This document shows positions 1-8,583 of a DNA stretch of 53,914 nucleotides, piece by piece. Within the stretch, counting starts at the first letter, position 1. Every line of letters begins with the position of its first letter. The stretch is from a virus (taxonomy: Duplodnaviria; Caudoviricetes): the IMG/VR virus record IMGVR_UViG_3300009068_000052, positions 1-53,914 of that record; one strand, given 5' to 3'. Below the pieces are notes generated by a model that made no database searches, was not told the origin of the DNA, and saw only the letters and a list, made by a program, of their open reading frames with translations. A program made the translations under genes and the position numbers.

Positions 1-123
1 GGCAGCAATTTCTTCACCGCCTATAGACGCAATTTTGCTGTACAACAAACGGTCACGCGAATCCATTGGGAAGGTGCCAGCAATGGTGGTGGTGTCTTTG
101 GGGTCTACACCGGGTTCTGGCAA
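1..123. repeat. Terminal direct repeat (identical to 53792-53914); circular-assembly overlap
   Basis: Bases 1-123 (ggcagcaatt...ttctggcaa) are identical to 53792-53914, and a reading frame continues through the join. Confidence 0.97.
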
Positions 124-738
124 GCCAATAGGTGTAAGGCGAATTGCAGTGTTATCGCCTGTGTGGTACAGCACGCCATCTACAATTTTATATCTGGCGT
201 CTTCTATTTGCAGCAGCTTAATTGCTGCATCGCTTTCTGGGGTTGGCCCAAACTTTCGTATGTGTGCAGCAATTGCCTGTGGCGTGATTTTGTTTGGCTT
301 CCCAGAGGCAGGTTGTGACAATGCATTTGGGTCAACAGGTGCATTTGGGTCAACAGGCGCATTTTTTATTGCACCGCTTCCTGTAAGCATTTCGTCTGTG
401 CCTGCCATTCTTTGGCGTATGAGAGCTTGCTCACGACGTGACTGCGCAAGCTGGAGGTTTGCTGCGGCGGTGTCTATCTCTTCTTGGCCGAGCCTTGCCC
501 GCGTGTCCTCGTAGTTCTTTGCGGCCATTCCAACGGCTTCACCAAAGTTTCCTTTGGAAGACAGCAGCCCTTGGCCGATTGCCATGAGGTAGGGGTCGTA
601 GTTGCGCTGTTGACGCGCTGAGTAGGCACCCATGACCCGCTGCATAGCCGCGTCAACGTCATCGTCCTCTTCAACCGGCACGCCATACGCTAACTTTACC
701 TTCAACGTGGACAAGGCTCCTGATTGTTTATCAGCCAT
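1..738 (-). CDS. 5' part of origin-spanning internal virion/ejection-type protein (~716 aa in total, continues at 53791-52379)
   Basis: Translated by hand: ATG at 738 with AAGGA RBS, MADKQSGALSTLKVKLAYGVPVEEDDD..., open to base 1 and in frame with LPEPGVDPKDTTTIAG of the 52379..53914 ORF. Missed by the ORF track because it has no stop inside the window. Confidence 0.85.
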   Translation of the reverse strand, partial: MADKQSGALSTLKVKLAYGVPVEEDDDVDAAMQRVMGAYSARQQRNYDPYLMAIGQGLLSSKGNFGEAVGMAAKNYEDTRARLGQEEIDTAAANLQLAQSRREQALIRQRMAGTDEMLTGSGAIKNAPVDPNAPVDPNALSQPASGKPNKITPQAIAAHIRKFGPTPESDAAIKLLQIEDARYKIVDGVLYHTGDNTAIRLTPIGLPEPGVDPKDTTTIAGTFPMDSRDRLLYSKIASIGGEEIAA

Positions 739-751
739 GATTTATGTCCTT

Positions 752-1948
752 TTAGCCAAACGTGTTGTAGTAATCGTAGTAGGCATCACTATTCATGCCC
801 GTATTTGGGTCAACGGTTGTGTCAACAGGCGGCGTAAAAGGGGGGGCAACGTAACCGGGCGTTGGATTTCCATAATCATCAAACGGCGTGCCTGTTATTG
901 GCCCAGAACCACCACCTCCGCTTGGGTTGTATGTTCCAGAACCACTGGTATTGCCGCTATTGATACCTTTGATGTAGTTAGAGAGGCTGCTACCGGCAGC
1001 AGACGCTAGTCCAGAAATTCCTGTGCTGTTAAGAATGCTTTGCAAGCTGTTGGGCGTCATGATTATTTCGTTTGTCACGGGGTCGCGCAGGAATTCTCCT
1101 TTTGCATTCCGCGCTGGGCTTGAGCCAAAGCCACTGGCAATCTGTGCGCCAACGCCAAGCGTTTGAGCCAGTGGTGAGCCTTGGTAGTAGCTTGTCTGCA
1201 TTGGCCCCGTGGTGGCCGTTGTAGAGCCTCCGGGCACGGTGAAGCCACGCATCAAGCCAGCCACATTGGTGGCGGTCTTCAGTGGCGCGTCAATCAACGA
1301 CTGGTTGTACAACTGCTGCTCTGTACCGGCCTTGGTTAAAGCACCGGCACCAGTTAGGCCAAGCGTCTGTTCAGACGTAGCAAGGTCACCTTGCGTTCTT
1401 GCTGCTTGGTTCTGCAACTGGGCATTGTTCATTGCAGCCGTCACGGCAGCGTTGTAGCCTTTGTCCAGTGCGCCAAATTGTTGACCAGTAAGGTTAGACT
1501 GCAAGTCAGACATTGTTTGACCCATTGCATTGGCGTAGCGCTGGCTACCAAGACCGCCCGTGCTGACAAAGCCAGCCTTGAGTTGCGGCATCAGGTTGCG
1601 CTGGATGTTCTGCTGTTGCAAACGAGCCATCTCGTCCACTACGTTGGTGGTGTACGGACTCATGAAACTTTGTATCTGCGGCGCTGCACCAGCGGCTGCG
1701 GTGTTGGCCGTAGTAGTGGCGGCGGCAAGACCGGGCCTGTAGGCTGTTGCGGCACCGGGCGTTGCAGCAAAACCTTGCTGCTGCATCTCCGTTAGGGGAG
1801 CTACTTGATTGGGGTTCGCTATGGCCGTCTGACCAGCTTGAGACAAGCCAGACAAGTAGTTGGTGTAATAACTAGGCGCGGCGCTAGTAGTGGTTGCGGT
1901 TGTGGTTACGTCTGGATTCGCCCGCGTGTCAAAAATGCTATCAGCCAT
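752..1948 (-). CDS. Putative DNA ejection/pilot (internal virion) protein, Gln/Ala/Gly-rich
   Basis: 398 aa with AGGAG RBS. The segment 'FMSPYTTNVVD...QQQ...GGLGSQR' and the position after the tail genes are typical of podovirus ejection proteins. Confidence 0.6.
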   Translation of the reverse strand: MADSIFDTRANPDVTTTATTTSAAPSYYTNYLSGLSQAGQTAIANPNQVAPLTEMQQQGFAATPGAATAYRPGLAAATTTANTAAAGAAPQIQSFMSPYTTNVVDEMARLQQQNIQRNLMPQLKAGFVSTGGLGSQRYANAMGQTMSDLQSNLTGQQFGALDKGYNAAVTAAMNNAQLQNQAARTQGDLATSEQTLGLTGAGALTKAGTEQQLYNQSLIDAPLKTATNVAGLMRGFTVPGGSTTATTGPMQTSYYQGSPLAQTLGVGAQIASGFGSSPARNAKGEFLRDPVTNEIIMTPNSLQSILNSTGISGLASAAGSSLSNYIKGINSGNTSGSGTYNPSGGGGSGPITGTPFDDYGNPTPGYVAPPFTPPVDTTVDPNTGMNSDAYYDYYNTFG

Positions 1949-1950
1949 GT

Positions 1951-4900
1951 TTAGCTCCTTGCCTTAGTGCGCTTGGTGTTCTTCAGGAAATCCAGCGGTG
2001 ACTTAATCTCGGGCGGCAAATCTTTGGGTTTTGCTGACCGCGCATGGGCACGAATGCCGTGCATCATGTCATATAGTTTATCCGACCCTGCTTTTGTGGA
2101 GCCGTTTCCAATTGCCGCTACCACATCGGCTGGAAATACAAACTCACCGTCCGCCAGCATGGCCGGGATGTCGTCCGACTGGCCGTCTCCAGCGCCTGTC
2201 ACAGCATCCCCGTCGCGGAAGTCCACTCGCATCTTGCCGCCATGCGCCATCAGGGGCACGCTCAAGCCGCCTTGGGCATACCGGCCATATCTTGTCCCGC
2301 CAATTGCTCCACCAGCGGCAGCAGTCTTTAGGTTAGTCCTCATAAATGGAGAGGAATTTTCTGAGGCGTACCCGTAGTCATCGTAAGGTAGTTCATTCTC
2401 CCCCGGCGACAAAATATCTTGAATGGGTCGGTCAAGGCCGTAGGTGTAAGAGTTCATGTTGTTTCCTTGCGGAGCTTGATTACTCAATGCGTTTTGAACG
2501 GCATTTGGGTCATTTGATTGCTGGAATTTAACGAATTTATCCAAAGCACTCTCAAATTTAGGTTGATTAACAAGTGTCGTTTGGAAGTCGGGCGACACAT
2601 TGCTTTTAGGGGTGGCCGACTCGCTGTAGTTGGCCGCAGCCAAAGAGCCAATGCCAAAGGCCGCATTCCCAAGAGCGTTAAGGGATGTGCTAGTTGGTTT
2701 CTTTACAGGGACAACAGGCTTTACAACGGGCGGCACCACAGGCGGCACCACGGGCGGAATTACTGGTGGAACCACAGGAGGAGTAACCGGCGGAGTAACC
2801 GGAGGAACCACGGGTGGCGTTACAGGCGGGGTGACTGTTGGGGTGACTGGCGGAGCCACAGGCTCTGGAACAGGCTCAGGGGTAGGCTCAGGGGTTGGTT
2901 CAGGAACAGGTTCAGGAACAACAATAGGGGTAGGAACAGGTTCAGGAGCGGGGATAGGCTCAAGAACAGGAATAGGTTCAGGAACGGGGACAGGGGCAGG
3001 CGGCGTTAATAATTCATTTTGCCTTTTTAGGCGTTCCGCTTCTGCCTCAGATTGATTCGGCATAGTGCTGTCATACAACTCGGTAACCGGAGCTTGCTCT
3101 ATTGGAATAGTGCCAACGCTAGGCTCAGGTACAGGAGGAGTAACAGGAATAGGCTCAGGAACGGGGACAGGCTCAGGAACAGGCTCAGGAGCGGGTGTAG
3201 GCACCGGCTCGGGAACAGGAGCGACTTCCGCTACTGGAGTGGAGACAACAGGGTTTGCTATTGCGTCCAATATTTCCTCAACCGTTTTCGGCAAAGGAGA
3301 AGGTTCAGGAGTGGGCGCAGGTTCAGGAACAGGTTCTGGAGTAGGTGCAGGCTCAGGAACGGGAGTAGGTTCAGGAATGGGTTGAAGAACGGGAGCAAGT
3401 TCAGGTGCAGGAACTGGCTGGGGGGCAACTTCAGGAATGGGAGAAGGTTCAGGAACAGGCTCGGTAACAACTTCCTCTACTGGAGGGGGTGTAACTGGAT
3501 TGGCTATCGCGTCCAATATTTCTTGAATTGTTGGCGACGCAGGAGTAGGTTCAGCAACAGGAGCGGTAACAGGCTCGGGGGCTGGCACAACAACAGTCGA
3601 GCCAACTGACGCATCAGGACTCACTTGCACAGTAGAAATATTTCCGTTTTCAGCTACAACAATGGCAGAACCGGTGTAGCGGTCTACTTGAATAATCGTT
3701 GCCTCCGTCTCCTTCGGAGGCTCTGGTACAGGCTCAGGAATGGGTTCAGGGATAGGCTCTGGCACAGGCGTTGGAGCAGGAACCGGCTCAAGGACGGGAG
3801 CGGGGGCGGGTAAAACTTCGGGAACAGAAATAGGTTCAGGAACAAGCTCAGGAGCAGGGATGGGTGCAGGCTCAGGAGCGGGAGCAGGGGCCGGTTCAGG
3901 AGTTGGTTCAGGGGCAGGCTCTGGAACAAACTCAGGAATAGGTTCAGGAACGGGAACAACTTCCTCCACTGGAGGAGGACTAATTGGATTTGCTATTGCG
4001 TCCAGAAATTCCTGTACTGTTGTCGGCGCAGGGGGAGATTCAGGAGTGGGTTCAGAAACAGGTTCAAGAACAGGTTCGGGAGCGGGTACTACAACGGTAG
4101 ACCCGACCGATGCGTCAGGGCTTACCTGTACAGTGGAGATGCTTCCATCTGGAGCGAGAACAAGAGCATCGCCAGTGTAACGATCCACTTGGATGATGGT
4201 TGCCTCTGTTTCTGCTGGGGGAGTCTCAGGTACAGGCGCAGGTGTTGGAAAAACAAGTGGCTCCGTTGGAGGAGTCTCAACTATGGGCGCAGGCTCTATA
4301 GGAGCAGGTGATGCCAATGATTGATTTAATCTTGCCAAGCGTTCTGTTTCTGCTTGTGATTGCTCTTGAGTAATGTCCAAACCGCCAACAGGGGCAGACT
4401 GAATGGGCGTTGTCTCAATTGGCGTGAGTGCGCTTGGCAGCTTGATGCCATAGTCTTTGAATATCTGCGCCATCTTTGCATCTTCATCAGGGTCACCAGC
4501 GTTGGGGCTGAATGTCGCTAATTGAGCGGCTAAAAAGGCGGGGTTTAATCTTGATGCAACTTCGGCAATGGTCAGTCCAAATTGACCAAGGCTCCGCTCT
4601 AGGGCAGGCAGCATTACCTTGTAGTTGGGGTCATTGGCTGCTTCTTTAACTAATTGAATCAATCTTTCTGGTTGCTGCAATAGCGCACTTGCCGACATTT
4701 CTGCAAGAGGCAACGCACCGGCAACTTGAACGCCGGGAGATTCCAAAATAATGTCGTCAATCCGAGATGACATTTGAGCAGTGGCCTCGTTATTAGCCTG
4801 CACCTGTGCATCAGCTACCGCTTGAGCGGCGGAGGCTGCTTGCGCTTCTGCTGCAAATATTGCTGCTTGAGCCTGCTCTGCCGCCGCTGCTGCCGCTCTG

Positions 4901-7155
4901 AATTCCGCTGCTGTTGTTGCTTGCGCTTCTGCTTCTGCCGCAGCTTGAGCTTGAGCTGCTGCCTCTGCCCGTGCATTCTCAGCCGCTTCTGCTTGCGCCT
5001 GCGCTGCTATTTGCGCTTGTTCGGCGTTTCTTGCATCCTCCGCCATTTTTGCTTCCGCTTGTTCTCTGGCCGCTTGCGCTCGTGAGGCTTCCTCTGCTGC
5101 TATTTGGGCATCTCGGGCGTCTCTAGCTGCTTGCTCTCTGGCTTCTTGTTCGCGGGCTGCTTGCTCCCTAGCGGATTGAGCAGCGTCAGCAGCAGCTTTT
5201 GCGTCCGCTGCCATTTTTGCGTCCGCCGCTTTTGCGGCATCTCTAGCCGCTTGCTCACGGTCAGCTTGAGCTTTTGCTTCACTAATTTTTTGGTTTGCAA
5301 AATTGCTGATGGCGTCGGTATTTGCTGCCCCATAAGCAGTGCCAGCAAATTGCTTGGCCTCTTCTTCAGAAACATCAAGACCAAAGTCACGCTTCAATCC
5401 AGCCTGAACGTCGGTGATTGACATCTCACGACCAGCGCCTTCATTGAATTTAACTTTAGAGCCATCCTGAGCCGTAAAGTTCATGTCCTTCTGTTCGACG
5501 CCAGCAGCGTCTGTGAAAACTTGTTTGCCGTCTTGAACAAACTTGCCTTGAGTGGTCAGCGACATGCCGTTGGAAAGCGCCCAATTGCCGTCAGCATCTT
5601 TGCCCGTGACCTTGAGTGCGCCAGAATTCAGGGCGTCAATAGTTGCATCGCGTGTGGCTACCGAAGCCAATGCCTTGGTGTAGTTCTCAGAAGAACGGTC
5701 AGCGGCCTCCTTGGTTCTAGACCAAGCGTCATATTTTGTTTGATAGGCTTCGGATGAGGCTTTTAAGTTGGCAGCAGTAGAGCCTCCAATGGAAGTGTCC
5801 TCAACGTCTCTCCTGATAGCGGCAAGACTGGCGATTTTTGAATCAACAGAATTTTTGGTGGCAGTCAAGCTATCAAGAGTTGGCTTGATGCTTTCGTACA
5901 GTTGGTTTGCTTGTTCGGAAATAGATTTTGAGTTTGCAGCAGCAGCATTTGCGGCATTGGCGGCTGCACGGGCGGCACCTTCAAATGATTCTTTTTCTGG
6001 AGGATTGAAGTCATATACAGGAAAAGTTCCTCCGTTCCTTCCGCCTCTGTCTTCATAGCCAATTAGCTTGCCCATGCGGGTGTCATCTCGGCCCATTCTG
6101 ATTTCGCTATATCCAAGTTGGCGCAACTTCTGGTCGTAATTTTCAGAAGCCCACTTGTTGTCCTCGTATATCGCCTTTTGCTGGTTGAACGTATTGACAG
6201 CGTTGTTGTTCTCAGCAGTTAACTGGTCGTATCGGGCTTTGAACGGGTTGTATTTTTCTTCAATGGTTTTTTGATAACTGGCGGATTCACTGTTGATTTC
6301 ATTGCGCAGGCTTTCGCCTTTTTTAAGCTGCGTGTCGTATTGGGCTTTATCTGCAAGGTACTTGTCCTGAGCAGACTTTGCTGCGTCAGTATTTGTTGTC
6401 AGCGCTTTGTAGGTCTCTTTGGCTTTATCCAAAAGAGCACTGCTTCCCATGTTGATGGTGGCGTAAGCAATGTAATTCCCAAGAGCTTGTGCAGGGTCTC
6501 CCTTGCCAGAAACAAGGGTGTTCAAAGCGGTGCTGGTTGCACCCTTCATCATGTTCAAAGCCTGCGGGCTAAAGCCCCAGTTCGGGTCTTTGTTAAGGGA
6601 GTTGAAGTAACTGTCAGTGGACGAGTAAACCAAGCCAGATGTAAAACCAGAACCAATGGCTTGGTCAATTGGCTTGCCTGTAAGCGCTGCACCAATACCG
6701 CCCACAAGAGCAGAGTTCATGCTTGTAGTGGCAATCTTTGCAATCTGCACAGCTTGGTCAACAGGCAGATTAAATTTCTCCATCATGGAGTCAGTGAAGT
6801 CGCCCGCCCACGCATTGCTGGTGTAGTTCTTGATGTCCATGCCAATTTGCGTGTTGGACATGAAAGACGTTGTTGCATACGACACGGCAGCAGACTTTGC
6901 TATGTCCTCAAGATTGCCGCCTCTTGCTCCGGTAATCACCGCAGCAGTCACATAAGGAGGGATACCCAAATAGGCACCACCAACCTGCACTAAGGTCGGC
7001 ACAGGGTCTTTGGCAATGGCTTCAAGGTTTTTACCAAGAGAATTTACCGTGCTTGTAACGGCGTTTCCAATGCTATTGAGCGCGTCACCGGCAATGTTTA
7101 TGACGCCGCCAATTATGTTTCCAATGCCACCAATAGCACCTGATACGGCTCCCAT
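1951..7155 (-). CDS. Large internal virion protein: hydrophobic N-terminus, coiled coils, Pro/Glu-rich repeats, C-terminal xAxGG...GDGQSDDIPAMLADGEFV module
   Basis: 1734-aa ORF with AGGAG RBS. The C-terminal motif resembles the 'GG...SDSIPA.LS.GEFV' module seen at the ends of tape-measure and ejection proteins. Confidence 0.7.
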   Translation of the reverse strand: MGAVSGAIGGIGNIIGGVINIAGDALNSIGNAVTSTVNSLGKNLEAIAKDPVPTLVQVGGAYLGIPPYVTAAVITGARGGNLEDIAKSAAVSYATTSFMSNTQIGMDIKNYTSNAWAGDFTDSMMEKFNLPVDQAVQIAKIATTSMNSALVGGIGAALTGKPIDQAIGSGFTSGLVYSSTDSYFNSLNKDPNWGFSPQALNMMKGATSTALNTLVSGKGDPAQALGNYIAYATINMGSSALLDKAKETYKALTTNTDAAKSAQDKYLADKAQYDTQLKKGESLRNEINSESASYQKTIEEKYNPFKARYDQLTAENNNAVNTFNQQKAIYEDNKWASENYDQKLRQLGYSEIRMGRDDTRMGKLIGYEDRGGRNGGTFPVYDFNPPEKESFEGAARAAANAANAAAANSKSISEQANQLYESIKPTLDSLTATKNSVDSKIASLAAIRRDVEDTSIGGSTAANLKASSEAYQTKYDAWSRTKEAADRSSENYTKALASVATRDATIDALNSGALKVTGKDADGNWALSNGMSLTTQGKFVQDGKQVFTDAAGVEQKDMNFTAQDGSKVKFNEGAGREMSITDVQAGLKRDFGLDVSEEEAKQFAGTAYGAANTDAISNFANQKISEAKAQADREQAARDAAKAADAKMAADAKAAADAAQSAREQAAREQEAREQAARDARDAQIAAEEASRAQAAREQAEAKMAEDARNAEQAQIAAQAQAEAAENARAEAAAQAQAAAEAEAQATTAAEFRAAAAAAEQAQAAIFAAEAQAASAAQAVADAQVQANNEATAQMSSRIDDIILESPGVQVAGALPLAEMSASALLQQPERLIQLVKEAANDPNYKVMLPALERSLGQFGLTIAEVASRLNPAFLAAQLATFSPNAGDPDEDAKMAQIFKDYGIKLPSALTPIETTPIQSAPVGGLDITQEQSQAETERLARLNQSLASPAPIEPAPIVETPPTEPLVFPTPAPVPETPPAETEATIIQVDRYTGDALVLAPDGSISTVQVSPDASVGSTVVVPAPEPVLEPVSEPTPESPPAPTTVQEFLDAIANPISPPPVEEVVPVPEPIPEFVPEPAPEPTPEPAPAPAPEPAPIPAPELVPEPISVPEVLPAPAPVLEPVPAPTPVPEPIPEPIPEPVPEPPKETEATIIQVDRYTGSAIVVAENGNISTVQVSPDASVGSTVVVPAPEPVTAPVAEPTPASPTIQEILDAIANPVTPPPVEEVVTEPVPEPSPIPEVAPQPVPAPELAPVLQPIPEPTPVPEPAPTPEPVPEPAPTPEPSPLPKTVEEILDAIANPVVSTPVAEVAPVPEPVPTPAPEPVPEPVPVPEPIPVTPPVPEPSVGTIPIEQAPVTELYDSTMPNQSEAEAERLKRQNELLTPPAPVPVPEPIPVLEPIPAPEPVPTPIVVPEPVPEPTPEPTPEPVPEPVAPPVTPTVTPPVTPPVVPPVTPPVTPPVVPPVIPPVVPPVVPPVVKPVVPVKKPTSTSLNALGNAAFGIGSLAAANYSESATPKSNVSPDFQTTLVNQPKFESALDKFVKFQQSNDPNAVQNALSNQAPQGNNMNSYTYGLDRPIQDILSPGENELPYDDYGYASENSSPFMRTNLKTAAAGGAIGGTRYGRYAQGGLSVPLMAHGGKMRVDFRDGDAVTGAGDGQSDDIPAMLADGEFVFPADVVAAIGNGSTKAGSDKLYDMMHGIRAHARSAKPKDLPPEIKSPLDFLKNTKRTKARS
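2690..4320 (-). repeat. Coding low-complexity repeats (PEP/PVP/VTPP) with duplicated modules
   Basis: Many (ggt/ggc)tcagga(ac) units. ETEATIIQVDRYTG...STVQVSPDASVGSTVVVPAPEPV occurs twice and (F/I)LDAIANP three times. Confidence 0.9.
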
Positions 7156-7157
7156 GT

Positions 7158-7643
7158 TTAGCTCCTCTTTTTGCCAGTAGACATGGCAAATAAACCGTTG
7201 GTGCTATTGAAATTTGTCTTGATGGCGGGGTCGTTTAGTTTTTTTGCGGCCATCTTCAAAACCCTGACAATCTCAGGTGTGTGCGTAATAGCAAAGAGAA
7301 CATCAAAGCCCATCTTGCGGGCCGACTGCATGAACTCAATCATGTTGTTGACCAAGTTGTCTGCGGTATCGCCGTTGTAGCTCCGCACCCAGCCAACCCG
7401 ACCCTCAAAGGCGGCGATGGTGAACAGCGTATTGCCCGCACGGATGCGAATCAAAGCCTTGTCGCTGTACTCTTTAATCATCATAGAGTAGAGCATTCTT
7501 TCAGTGGAAACGCGCCCTTTTTTTGCCGCCTTCTCAACAACTTTTTGGCTGTGCTTGTCTTCATGCGCGGCCACCGCAAAAATGTCGGTGGGGTTAAGCA
7601 TATGCTCCTTAGAGCTAACCGGGCGGATACTTGCAACGCTCAT
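7158..7643 (-). CDS. Hypothetical protein in the tail/ejection module
   Basis: 161 aa, ATGA-coupled to the upstream gene. A GNAT-like fold is possible but unverified. Confidence 0.65.
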   Translation of the reverse strand: MSVASIRPVSSKEHMLNPTDIFAVAAHEDKHSQKVVEKAAKKGRVSTERMLYSMMIKEYSDKALIRIRAGNTLFTIAAFEGRVGWVRSYNGDTADNLVNNMIEFMQSARKMGFDVLFAITHTPEIVRVLKMAAKKLNDPAIKTNFNSTNGLFAMSTGKKRS

Positions 7644-8326
7644 GCTGTAACCTCCAGATAGCGTCGGTCATCCACCTTGTTGGGATGGAAGTTAGGCAAA
7701 TAAATCTTGAGCATTGGCACAAATACCTTGACTGTCATGTGCCACACCCATTGGAAAAAGTCAGTCCAGTCCTTCAGCCGCCTGAAGCTGACGCCTCTGA
7801 GGGTGTAGCCCACAATAAATTTGATGACGTAGACCTGATTTTGCCTTGCAATTGCCCGCAGGTCAGCATCTGAGTAGCCCAAACTGCGCCAAAGGTCAAT
7901 GGCTAAGTCCTTGTGGCCAATTTCTTCACGGGCGTGCCAAGCAAAAAGTTTGTGTTCACGTCCCTTGCGGCCCTTGAACCAGTCAAGGTACATCCGACCC
8001 ATGCAGGCCGCAAAATGCTCAATAGAGACCATTGTGCCCAACCAAACCTTGTTGCCGGGGCGGCGGTGAATAATGCGGGTCTTCCGGTACTCACCGTTTG
8101 CAATCTCAGTGATTCTAGCCCGTGCGTTGTAGGCATCGTGAGCGCTGGCATGAGCCAACTCCTCACGCACAAACTGTTCAATTCTGACCCTTAGTGATTC
8201 ATCTTTGACCAGCGGCAAATGGTGCTTGGCTACAGCGACGAACGCACGCTCCCATGCCGGGAACAGGATGCTTACCGCATCACAGTGCCGGGTAAAGAGC
8301 TTTGAGTCATCGCACCAGTTTGTCAT
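7640..8326 (-). CDS. Predicted metal-dependent hydrolase, ferritin-like di-metal family
   Basis: Motifs S.LFP..ERAFV, REELAHASAH, SIEHF and WHAREEIGHKDLA.D match the bacterial 'metal-dependent hydrolase' (PF10118-type) pattern. Confidence 0.75.
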   Translation of the reverse strand: MTNWCDDSKLFTRHCDAVSILFPAWERAFVAVAKHHLPLVKDESLRVRIEQFVREELAHASAHDAYNARARITEIANGEYRKTRIIHRRPGNKVWLGTMVSIEHFAACMGRMYLDWFKGRKGREHKLFAWHAREEIGHKDLAIDLWRSLGYSDADLRAIARQNQVYVIKFIVGYTLRGVSFRRLKDWTDFFQWVWHMTVKVFVPMLKIYLPNFHPNKVDDRRYLEVTA

Positions 8327-8583
8327 GTTGATGAAGTTGCAGGGTTAACTGCGCTCACAAGTGCCTCTGCCCATTCGTGCCAATCGTCGTACTGATCCGT
8401 CCTCGGGATCGCCTCGTTGGTAAACACATCAATTGCGGACAGGCCATTGCCCCAAGTCTTCCAGTCGGTATGGGCATTGGGTATCTCAAGCTGCTGCGGG
8501 GCGTAAAGCTCACACATGATGCTTGCCCACGACTCAAATGTATGGAACCGTGGGTCGTATACGAGAGCAGGGTTAAGAGCCAT
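8323..8583 (-). CDS. Conserved phage hypothetical protein (tail module)
   Basis: Likely start MALNPALVYDPR. The Trp-rich 'W..WG..L...F....P....DDW.EWA' pattern is typical of the gene after the nozzle. Confidence 0.65.
   Translation of the reverse strand: MALNPALVYDPRFHTFESWASIMCELYAPQQLEIPNAHTDWKTWGNGLSAIDVFTNEAIPRTDQYDDWHEWAEALVSAVNPATSST

Noticed and set aside
1-123. 123-bp terminal repeat as a biological DTR or attachment site
   Set aside because: It falls mid-gene with the frame continuing across it, which is the signature of a circular assembly overlap.
2690-4320. Periodic tcagga repeats as a CRISPR array or noncoding tandem repeat
   Set aside because: They are codon-phased Pro-Glu/Pro-Val repeats within the 1734-aa ORF, with no constant repeat and unique spacer structure.
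1951-7155. Calling the 1734-aa protein a true tape measure (siphovirus)
   Set aside because: No tail tube, terminator or chaperone genes are recognisable; portal, adaptor, nozzle and ejection genes indicate a short-tailed virion.
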